IMG/VR virus record: IMGVR_UViG_3300031688_000122 | Coordinates: 1-25,562 of that record | DNA length: 25,562 nucleotides | Origin: a virus | Lineage: Duplodnaviria > Caudoviricetes | Direction: 5' to 3' (one strand) | In this document: in pieces, positions 1 through 7,206 of the stretch | How positions within the stretch are numbered: the stretch's first letter is position 1 | Layout: the number at the start of each line of letters is the position of its first letter | Position numbers and translations under genes: made by a program | Notes under the pieces: generated by a model | Told to the model about the DNA's origin: nothing | The model's database searches: none | Seen by the model: the letters and a program-made list of their open reading frames with translations, nothing else

Positions 1-33
1 TATATGTCTGGCTCAAAAAAAAATTAGACTCAA

Positions 34-237
34 ATGGGTAAAGTAACTAAGATAAGACCAGATGCACAAGATGCTTTAAAAGCTTCTATAGATCGTTCTA
101 AAGAGTTTATTTTAATAAGTATAGGCGAGCATGGGGTAGAGGTGGGAAGTACGTTAGAAGAGGAAAGAGAGCTATTTTATATTGAGTTAGCAAAGCATAT
201 GATATTAGATGATTGGTTAGGAAAATCAAATGATTAA
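34..237 (+). CDS. hypothetical phage protein (67 aa)
   Basis: ATG-started ORF overlapping the next ORF by 8 nt and co-oriented with the module. No recognisable motif. Confidence 0.7.
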   Translation: MGKVTKIRPDAQDALKASIDRSKEFILISIGEHGVEVGSTLEEERELFYIELAKHMILDDWLGKSND

Positions 238-412
238 AATGGACACTGATGAAAGTATAACGGATGCTGAATTTGAATTGATAGAAGCATTTTGTTTAGC
301 ATTGGTTGATAAAGATATATATGCAATGAAAGAAGTAATGTATTTGGTGAATCAAAAATTAACTAGCGAATGTGTTTGTTTAGAAGAAACTTGTATTTGT
401 AAAAACTGGTAA
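230..412 (+). CDS. hypothetical acidic protein with Cys-rich C-terminus (60 aa)
   Basis: AGGA at 219-222 upstream of ATG. C-terminal CVCLEETCIC motif. Confidence 0.7.
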   Translation: MIKMDTDESITDAEFELIEAFCLALVDKDIYAMKEVMYLVNQKLTSECVCLEETCICKNW

Positions 413-418
413 GGATCT

Positions 419-580
419 ATGGCGCAAGATTTACTAAAAACTTTGGACAAAGAAACAAGAGATCGACATTTCCCTGAAAAGAATGGTGGGAAAGGAGATC
501 ATCCAAGAAAAGCAAACAAGCGTACCCGAGAAGCTTATGCTTCAAACTACGACAAAATTAAATGGAACCCATGCAAATAG
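419..580 (+). CDS. small hypothetical phage protein (53 aa), not in ORF track
   Basis: Manual translation MAQDLLKTLDKETRDRHFPEKNGGKGDHPRKANKRTREAYASNYDKIKWNPCK*. AAGGA at 411-415. Fills the gap before terminase. The GKGxxPR...NYDKI pattern resembles small proteins of aquatic phages. Confidence 0.75.
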   Translation: MAQDLLKTLDKETRDRHFPEKNGGKGDHPRKANKRTREAYASNYDKIKWNPCK

Positions 581-2028
581 AATACGAGCTAATGGCACAA
601 GGGCAAGTGCTACAAGACTTTACAGATTGCAGGGCGCGTAACTCATTTATAATGGGGCCGCTCGGTTCTGGCAAGACTGTTCAATGCATTTTAAAACTTT
701 TTGATTTGATGGTAGAGCAAGAGCCTGTTAAAGATAGACATAACAAAAATTACAACGTGCGGCTATCTAGAATTATCGCGGCAAGAAACACTTACTCTGA
801 GCTTTTCTCCACAACAATTAAAGATTGGTTAGAAATACATGGAGAGTTAGGAGATTTTAAGCAAGGTAACAAAGAACCGCCAACACACTATATAAGGTTT
901 AAGTTAGAAGATGGTACTTATGTACATTGTGACATTATATTTATTGCTTTTGACCGTCCTGAACACGTTAAAAAAGCAAGGGGTATTCAGACAACTTGGG
1001 TGTGGCTTAACGAAACAAAAGAACATGCAAAGGCTGTTTTGGATATGCTTGATTTGCGCCATGGTCGTTATCCATCCAACAAAGAGGGGGCTACCCCAAC
1101 GCACCATGGAATCATTGGCGATAGTAACGCACCAGACGAAGATCATTGGTACTTTAAATTAGCAGAGATAGAGCGTCCGGACGGTTGGGCATTCCATAGA
1201 CAAGCAGGTGGTGTAATTCCAGACGGGGAATCTTGGAAAGTAAACGAAGATGCAGAAAATTTAAACAATTTGCCTTCAGATTATTACAAGCGTGGACTGC
1301 AAGGTAAAACAAATGATTGGATCAAGGTTAATTTAGCTAATGAATATGGGTTTGTGTCAAATGGAAAGCCTGTACATCCTATGTACACTGATTCCGTTCA
1401 TTGCCAACATATGGATTTCGTGCCTGATAAATCTACCCCTATCATTCTTGGCTTTGACTTTGGGCGTACCCCAGCTTGTGCATTTTTACAGCGAACAAGT
1501 ATTGGAAGGTGGATATGTTTTGATGAATTGGTCGAGTCCGACTCTGGAGCAGTAGACTTTGCGCCTAGTTTAAAAAGATATATTGAAGTACATTACCCTA
1601 ATTATAATTTTAGAGGATGGGGCGATCCCTCTGGAAGCAATAAAAACCAATCAAATTCGGAAACTCCTTTCCAAATACTTAGGGCGGCAGGTATACCCTG
1701 TGTTCCAACCAATAGTAATGACCCGTTAAAGCGCAGAGCATCTTTAGAAACGCCTATGAAAGAGATGTGCATGGATGGAAAGCCTAGATTTATAGTGTTG
1801 CCAAGAGCATCTATGATTAGAAAAGGTTTGCAAGGAGGGTTTTGTTATAGAAGAATCCAAAAATCTGGCGAAAGGTACACTGACGAACCAGATAAAAACG
1901 AATATTCGCACCCAGTAGAAGCTTTAGAGTACGCATTGCAAGGCGAAGGAGAAGGAAGAAGCGCATTAAGTCGTATGGGAAACTTTGACAAGCCGCATAA
2001 CGCCAAGATTAATGTAAGTGTCTTCTAA
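562..2028 (+). CDS. terL: terminase large subunit (ATG at 571 is a plausible alternative start)
   Basis: Walker A GPLGSGKT, Walker B-like WVWLNE, coupling motif DSNAP, nuclease motifs ILGFDFG, GDPSG and C-terminal HPVEALEY. Lies upstream of the portal. Confidence 0.95.
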   Translation: MEPMQIEYELMAQGQVLQDFTDCRARNSFIMGPLGSGKTVQCILKLFDLMVEQEPVKDRHNKNYNVRLSRIIAARNTYSELFSTTIKDWLEIHGELGDFKQGNKEPPTHYIRFKLEDGTYVHCDIIFIAFDRPEHVKKARGIQTTWVWLNETKEHAKAVLDMLDLRHGRYPSNKEGATPTHHGIIGDSNAPDEDHWYFKLAEIERPDGWAFHRQAGGVIPDGESWKVNEDAENLNNLPSDYYKRGLQGKTNDWIKVNLANEYGFVSNGKPVHPMYTDSVHCQHMDFVPDKSTPIILGFDFGRTPACAFLQRTSIGRWICFDELVESDSGAVDFAPSLKRYIEVHYPNYNFRGWGDPSGSNKNQSNSETPFQILRAAGIPCVPTNSNDPLKRRASLETPMKEMCMDGKPRFIVLPRASMIRKGLQGGFCYRRIQKSGERYTDEPDKNEYSHPVEALEYALQGEGEGRSALSRMGNFDKPHNAKINVSVF

Positions 2029-2356
2029 ATATTACGTTGTATTTAAAAATGACAGTCACCGATGGTGGTCTTTTGCGTTAAAAAAAGATTGCCGTCATTG
2101 TTTTATTGTAAAAACTGATCCAAATTGCTTAATAATTTTTGGAAAAGACACCAATAAGTTTGATTTATTTACTGTATCTGACGAAAAGAGTATAATCGGG
2201 GACATCTATGCAATGGTTTCTGTTGTTCCGAAAGAATATAAGCGATCTCTTTTTATGCTAAATACATGTGTGGGTCACGCCAAACAAATACTTGGAATTA
2301 ATAAACCATTTATTTTAACTCCGTATCAACTTCTAAAATATATAAGGACACTGTAA
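2018..2356 (+). CDS. putative permuted papain-like (NlpC/P60 superfamily) peptidase/acyltransferase, 112 aa, GTG start
   Basis: His on an N-terminal strand (RHCFIV), later NTCV helix start and C-terminal TPYQL give the His-before-Cys order of permuted NlpC/P60 enzymes. Overlaps terL and is TAATG-coupled to the next gene. The gene is well supported; the function is inferred. Confidence 0.6.
   Translation: MSSKYYVVFKNDSHRWWSFALKKDCRHCFIVKTDPNCLIIFGKDTNKFDLFTVSDEKSIIGDIYAMVSVVPKEYKRSLFMLNTCVGHAKQILGINKPFILTPYQLLKYIRTL
2168..2196 (+). promoter_or_regulatory. sigma70-like promoter internal to the 112-aa ORF
   Basis: TTTACT (2168-2173), 17-nt spacer, perfect TATAAT (2191-2196). Confidence 0.55.
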
Positions 2357-2604
2357 TGGGGGGATCATCTAAACCACCTAAGCCTACGCAAGAACAATTA
2401 GCCGCTGAAACAAGAGCGCAAAAAAGACTTGATGATGAAACTGAAAAAAACGAAAGGCGACTAAAAGCTTTGGCTAGAGGTAAAAGTGGTTCTCAATCTT
2501 TGTTAGCGCAAGGAGGGGGTGGAGGAACTTCAGCCTCAAGAGCAAACGCTCCGGCAGGTATGCCAACGAATAACGGTTTTATGGGTTATAGGGGTGGAAG
2601 ATGA
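2356..2604 (+). CDS. small virion protein upstream of portal (positional analogue of T7 gp7.3)
   Basis: MGGSSKPPKP N-terminus, charged helix and Gly-rich tail. ATGA overlap with the portal gene. Confidence 0.65.
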   Translation: MGGSSKPPKPTQEQLAAETRAQKRLDDETEKNERRLKALARGKSGSQSLLAQGGGGGTSASRANAPAGMPTNNGFMGYRGGR

Positions 2605-4172
2605 AGATACCTAGACAACTAGGAACTTTACAAGACCTGCAAAACAGAGAACAGCAAGCATTTGACACTAACTCTTCTTGGCATAGTTTACTAGATAGTG
2701 CGTATGAATATTTTTTGCCGAATAGAAACTTGTTTAACGGTTATGTTGCAGGCCAACAAAAAATGGATCGAATATTTGATTCGACTGCTATCGAGGCTAT
2801 ACAACAAGGCGCAAGTAAATTACAAGAAAACATTGCACCTATTTGGTCTAACTGGGCAACCTTTGAGCCAAGTGAATCAACAATTAGAGAAATAGAAAAT
2901 GAAGACTATGGGGTTAGCATTGAAGACATTAGAGCTAATCTTCAAGAGCAGGCCGTTATTGTCTTTGATTATATTAATAGATCTAATTTTGCTACTCAGT
3001 TTTTTGAACATGCCCTTGATTTACTAATAGGAACTGGAACGCTTAGAATTGACGAAGACAATGATAACGATTACCCAATAATTTTTAATGCTATTCCGCA
3101 GAAAGGAATTGCTTTTGAAGAAGGCCCGTACGGAAATATTGAAACCCATTGGCGCAAGTTTGATGTCAAAGCAAGAAACCTTAAAAGAATGTGGAAGGGT
3201 TTTAAGCCGTCAAACACCGTTGCGAATTTAATTGAAAATCAACCAGAAGCTAATGTTTATTGTTGCGAAGGTGTAATCTTTATTCCGGAAGATAAAACAT
3301 ACTTTGGCTGTGTATGGGTTACCGGTGAAGACAGACTAAGTTGGACGCAAGATTTTGGTGATTCGAGTCCTTGGGTTACAGGTAGATATTCTAAAGTATC
3401 AGGAGAAATTCGTGGTCGCGGCCCTGCTATTCAAGCATTGCCTGATGTTAAATCGTTAAATAAAGTAAAAGAATTTGTGTTGCAAAAAGCAGCAATAGAT
3501 CTTTCTGGAATGTACACAGCTACTGACGATGGTGTTACTAATCCATATAATATTACTATAAGTCCTGGAGTTGTTATTCCAGTTGGTTCTAACAACACTG
3601 CTAATCCGTCAATTCAAAGACTTGATACTGCTACAAATTTACGATTGGTTGAGTTTGAAGTGCAAGAATTACAACAAACTATTAAACGCACTTTGTTTAA
3701 CGACATGCGAGATCCCACTGGCCCCGTAAGATCTGCAACAGAAATTGCAATTGACTCAAGAGAATTAGCAAAACGTATAGGGTCTGCTTTTGGTCGTTTG
3801 CAAACAGAAGTGCTAGTGCCAATATTGACTAGAGTTGTACACATACTTACTAGAAGAGGTTTGTTACAACCTATTAAATTAAATGGAAGAGAAATTGATA
3901 TTAAATTTTTGTCACCATTAGCAAAAGCTCAAGATGGGGAAGACATTATTAATGTTCAACAAGCGGTTCAATTCGTGTTGCAAAATGCAGGCCCAGATCA
4001 ATCTAAACTAGCATTCAAATTAGAAGATTTTGGTACATGGGTAGCAGGTAAAACTGGTATGCCTGAAGAGTTAGTTCGTAGCCCAACAGAAAAGGCCGCC
4101 GCACTAGAAGCCGCCGCTAATGCGGCTATGCAAGGAATTGACCCAGTATCTCAGCCGACGCAACTACAATGA
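2601..4172 (+). CDS. portal protein / head-tail connector (T7 gp8-like)
   Basis: 523 aa. FDSTA near N-terminus, GEIRGRGPAIQALPDVKSLN, SATEI and LSPLAKAQ motifs typical of podoviral portals. Synteny agrees. Confidence 0.93.
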   Translation: MKIPRQLGTLQDLQNREQQAFDTNSSWHSLLDSAYEYFLPNRNLFNGYVAGQQKMDRIFDSTAIEAIQQGASKLQENIAPIWSNWATFEPSESTIREIENEDYGVSIEDIRANLQEQAVIVFDYINRSNFATQFFEHALDLLIGTGTLRIDEDNDNDYPIIFNAIPQKGIAFEEGPYGNIETHWRKFDVKARNLKRMWKGFKPSNTVANLIENQPEANVYCCEGVIFIPEDKTYFGCVWVTGEDRLSWTQDFGDSSPWVTGRYSKVSGEIRGRGPAIQALPDVKSLNKVKEFVLQKAAIDLSGMYTATDDGVTNPYNITISPGVVIPVGSNNTANPSIQRLDTATNLRLVEFEVQELQQTIKRTLFNDMRDPTGPVRSATEIAIDSRELAKRIGSAFGRLQTEVLVPILTRVVHILTRRGLLQPIKLNGREIDIKFLSPLAKAQDGEDIINVQQAVQFVLQNAGPDQSKLAFKLEDFGTWVAGKTGMPEELVRSPTEKAAALEAAANAAMQGIDPVSQPTQLQ

Positions 4173-4450
4173 GTTGGAATAACATTGATAATACTCTTGA
4201 TCCTGCACATGCAAAAATGCAGTCTGACAAACATAGAGAAAACCAAGCTAGTTTAGCTAAAGCCTATAGTAGAGCCTTTACATCTGATGATGGTCAGCGT
4301 ATTCTTTCCGATCTAACTAAAAGATTTATCTATGAAAACGATACTTCTTTTGGATCAGGTAATGTTAATTATGAGTCTGCGTATCATAATGGAGAAGCAG
4401 GCGTAATTAAATTTATCATAAATCAAATGAAACAAGCGGAAATATTATAG
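4169..4450 (+). CDS. conserved phage protein between portal and scaffold (Bbp19-like)
   Basis: F.S.DGQRILSDL..RF ... AYHNGEAGVIKFI pattern. ATGA overlap with the portal gene. Confidence 0.7.
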   Translation: MSWNNIDNTLDPAHAKMQSDKHRENQASLAKAYSRAFTSDDGQRILSDLTKRFIYENDTSFGSGNVNYESAYHNGEAGVIKFIINQMKQAEIL

Positions 4451-4459
4451 GAATATATT

Positions 4460-5179
4460 ATGTCAGAAGAACTTCAACAGACCGATGCTGTAGAACCAGT
4501 ACGCGATACTCTGTTAGATAGTGCTGAACCAGTATTAGAGCAAGGGCAATATTATTTAAGCGAAGGAATTAAGGGTGTTGGTGAAAAGCCTGATTGGTTA
4601 AACGATAGATATAAAAGTGTATCAGACCAAGCTAAAGGGTACGCTGAATTAGAAAAGAAATTTGGTGGGTTTAAAGGATCTCCAAAAGATGGTTATACTC
4701 CTCCCGAAGGAATTGAATCATCCGATGCTTTATATCAAGAGCTAGAATCTTTTGCTACAAAAACTAATATGAGTGCTGATGCGTTTGGTGAAGCTTGGGA
4801 ATTGTTATCGACTCAAAACGAAGTTCAAGAAGAATACGACCAAAAAGTAGAGATTAATAAGCTAGGCGAAAGAGCGCAAGAGCGTATAAAAAACGTCGAA
4901 GGTTATATGAAAAATAATTTAAGCCCTGAAGATTATGAAATTGCACAAGGGTTAGTTACTACTGCCGATGCAATTGAACTAATTGAAATGATGGTTAATG
5001 CAACTACTGAAGCAAAACTTCCAATTGATGGCGGTGTACATCCAGAAGGTTTAACGTGGGCAGACGTAGAAGTTGAGATGTTTAGGAAAGATGATACGGG
5101 CCAATTGTTAAGAATTACAAGCCAAGCGCATGAACAAAAACTAAAAAAAATGATGGCTACGTTTGAGAATCGTGCCTAA
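4460..5179 (+). CDS. capsid assembly scaffolding protein (T7 gp9-like)
   Basis: Acidic helical protein with KPDWL..RYKSV.DQAKGY.ELEKK.G motif. Directly upstream of the capsid gene. Confidence 0.85.
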   Translation: MSEELQQTDAVEPVRDTLLDSAEPVLEQGQYYLSEGIKGVGEKPDWLNDRYKSVSDQAKGYAELEKKFGGFKGSPKDGYTPPEGIESSDALYQELESFATKTNMSADAFGEAWELLSTQNEVQEEYDQKVEINKLGERAQERIKNVEGYMKNNLSPEDYEIAQGLVTTADAIELIEMMVNATTEAKLPIDGGVHPEGLTWADVEVEMFRKDDTGQLLRITSQAHEQKLKKMMATFENRA

Positions 5180-5208
5180 TTGTAAAATCTTCTGTAAAAA
5201 GGTATAAT
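5180..5208 (+). promoter_or_regulatory. sigma70-like promoter for capsid operon
   Basis: TTGTAA (5180-5185), 17-nt spacer, perfect TATAAT (5203-5208), in the largest intergenic gap of the window. Confidence 0.75.
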
Positions 5209-5213
5209 CCAAA

Positions 5214-5292
5214 TACTGGATACCTATATCTATAGCCCAGTAAATTTAGGTTGATTGACTGACCATTTTTACTGGGTACTCAGTTCCAACCT
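5214..5292 (+). ncRNA. putative structured cis-regulatory 5' leader of capsid mRNA
   Basis: Complementary segments TACTGG/CCAGTA, CTATA/TATAG, GCCCAGTAAA/TTTACTGGGT, AGGTTG/CAACCT, GACTGA/TCAGTT. Direct repeat TACTGGRTAC at 5214 and 5270. Confidence 0.55.
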
Positions 5293-5337
5293 TGAAAAAA
5301 CTATTTTAATTTATTACTCTTTTTCGAGGAAATTCTT

Positions 5338-6174
5338 ATGAGTAAGTTTCTATCGTCCGTAGCAGTCATTGAGTTTGACTCTATGGTAAAACACGCATAT
5401 GCCAACAAAGGGCTACTTAAGCCTTCTGTTACGCTACGCAACAATGTAGTAGGTGAAACCTACAAATTCCGTCTAATGGGTCGTGGCCTAGCTAACCAGA
5501 AGTCTACTTCTGATCTAGTAACTCCTATGGATATCAATCACCAATTCAAAGTCGCTACTCTGCAAAACTGGAATGCTCCAGAATACACAGACGTATTTGA
5601 TCAAGCCGATGTAAACTTTGACGAGCGAAATGAACTTGCAAGCACAATTGCAGGCGCACTTGGCCGTAGAAGCGATCAGCTAATCATTGACGAGCTAGAT
5701 GCAGTAGCTGTTGGATCAACCGTTGCTGACGGTGGTACTGGTCTTACTATTGCTAAATGTATCGAAGCGCAAACTAATTTGCGTGGTAAAGGCGTAGACA
5801 ATCGTGATCTATTTGCTGTTATTAACGCTGATGGACTTAAAGGTTTGTTAAACGACGAGAAAGCAACTAACTTTGATTACCAGAATGTTAAAGCACTTGT
5901 AAACGGTGACATTAACTCTCTATGTGGATTCCAGTTTATTACTTTGGAAAACCGCACTGGTCGCGAGGGTGGACTTTCTGTAGCCGCAAACGTAGTAGAC
6001 TCGTATTTCTATCAGCGTGAAGCTGTTGGACTTGCAATCGGTATTGACATTAAAACTTCTGTTGATTGGATTGCCGAGCGTACTTCTTGGTTGTGTAATG
6101 GAATGCTTAAAGCAGGCGCGGCTGTGCGTGATGCTGAAGGTGTTGTTAAAGTTCAATACAAAGACAACGTATAA
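5338..6174 (+). CDS. major capsid protein (HK97 fold, BPP-1/HTVC010P-like family)
   Basis: 278 aa, GAGG RBS at 5326-5329. F...VKHAY, ALGRRSDQLII and KALVNGDI...GFQFI motifs. Follows the scaffold gene. Confidence 0.92.
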   Translation: MSKFLSSVAVIEFDSMVKHAYANKGLLKPSVTLRNNVVGETYKFRLMGRGLANQKSTSDLVTPMDINHQFKVATLQNWNAPEYTDVFDQADVNFDERNELASTIAGALGRRSDQLIIDELDAVAVGSTVADGGTGLTIAKCIEAQTNLRGKGVDNRDLFAVINADGLKGLLNDEKATNFDYQNVKALVNGDINSLCGFQFITLENRTGREGGLSVAANVVDSYFYQREAVGLAIGIDIKTSVDWIAERTSWLCNGMLKAGAAVRDAEGVVKVQYKDNV

Positions 6175-6185
6175 GGAGAATTATC

Positions 6186-6440
6186 GTGGCTTTTGAAAGA
6201 AAAAACTTATCTCGTATTGGCGGTTCGGGTTTTGGAAATACCGTCTGGATGCATTCATCTACTGATGCCTATGCAAGTGTAAACGCGGCTGATTATTTTA
6301 AGCCTGCTATTACCGAAATGGCTAAAGGCGACTGTATTTGGGTCGTAGATACTGCTACTCCAACTGTCTATGTCACATATGTAGACGCGCATTCTTCTAG
6401 TGCAATTAGTACTGCAACTGGTAATGCTGTAACAGCGTAA
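6186..6440 (+). CDS. putative capsid decoration/minor head protein (84 aa, GTG start)
   Basis: Strong AAGGAG RBS. Lies between capsid gene and terminator, so probably co-expressed at capsid level. W..SSTD..A.V.AADYF motif. Confidence 0.6.
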   Translation: MAFERKNLSRIGGSGFGNTVWMHSSTDAYASVNAADYFKPAITEMAKGDCIWVVDTATPTVYVTYVDAHSSSAISTATGNAVTA

Positions 6441-6445
6441 GATTT

Positions 6446-6469
6446 AAGGGGGGTTCGCCCCCCTTTTTT
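6446..6469 (+). terminator. Rho-independent terminator after the capsid operon
   Basis: GGGGGG-TTCG-CCCCCC hairpin (6448-6463) followed by TTTTTT (6464-6469). Confidence 0.92.
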
Positions 6470-6482
6470 ATTTGAGGCTATT

Positions 6483-6638
6483 ATGAAAAATGGTTTGTAC
6501 GCTAATATCCATAGAAAAAGAGCTAGAATAAAAGCCGGAAGCGGTGAAACAATGAGAAAGAAAGGTGCTAAAGGCGCACCTACAAATAAAGCCTTTGTAA
6601 AATCTAAGAAAACTGCAAAAAAAAGCTTACTAAGCTAA
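6483..6638 (+). CDS. small highly basic phage protein (51 aa), not in ORF track
   Basis: GAGG RBS at 6474-6477. Translation MKNGLYANIHRKRARIKAGSGETMRKKGAKGAPTNKAFVKSKKTAKKSLLS* matches the GLYANIH.KR.RI.AGSGE.MRK.G.KGAPT pattern of marine podophage proteins. Confidence 0.85.
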   Translation: MKNGLYANIHRKRARIKAGSGETMRKKGAKGAPTNKAFVKSKKTAKKSLLS

Positions 6639-6647
6639 AGGTATATC

Positions 6648-7205
6648 ATGGCAAATAAAATCCAATTAATATCTAACGCATTAGTTTTAATTGGTGATTT
6701 ACCAATTACCGATTTGTCTGGCAATACTCGCGCACAAACTGTTGCTAATGCCTTGTATGACAATATTGTACAAAACGAAATGACAAAATTTAGGTGGGGT
6801 TTTGCAAGAAAAATTGCAACTGCATCTAAGCAAGTAGCATCGCCTGTAGGTACAACGTGGGACACAATGTATCTGCTTCCTGCCGATTTATTATTCTTAA
6901 TTAATGTTAATCCAAATGCAAGATATGCATTGTACGGTAATATGATGTACACCAATACAAGCGGTATTGTATATGTCGATTACATCCACAATGCACCAGA
7001 AGCATTATGGCCTGTATATTTTCAACAAATGATTCAATATCGTTTGGCAATGGATTTTGCGCCATCAATACGGGATAGCGCAGTATCAATGGAATTAATG
7101 GCAGAACAATACTCTAATGCATCCAGAATGGCTCGGTTTACTGATTCACAACAGTATCCTGTTCAGCCACTAGTAGATCAGCCCTTTGTTCAAGTAAGGT
7201 ACTAA
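6648..7205 (+). CDS. tail tubular protein A / adaptor (T7 gp11-like)
   Basis: N-terminal ISNALVLIGD.PI, RWGFA and YLLPAD motifs. 185 aa. Synteny agrees. Confidence 0.85.
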   Translation: MANKIQLISNALVLIGDLPITDLSGNTRAQTVANALYDNIVQNEMTKFRWGFARKIATASKQVASPVGTTWDTMYLLPADLLFLINVNPNARYALYGNMMYTNTSGIVYVDYIHNAPEALWPVYFQQMIQYRLAMDFAPSIRDSAVSMELMAEQYSNASRMARFTDSQQYPVQPLVDQPFVQVRY

Positions 7206-7206
7206 G

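Noticed and set aside
1-33. A9 run at 15-23 as a terminator or genome-end signal
   Set aside because: Only weak pairing nearby, and the context is cut by the window edge.
6120-6190. T7 10A/10B-style frameshift or readthrough fusing capsid to the 84-aa ORF
   Set aside because: No clear slippery heptamer near the capsid stop, and the downstream gene has its own strong AAGGAG RBS.
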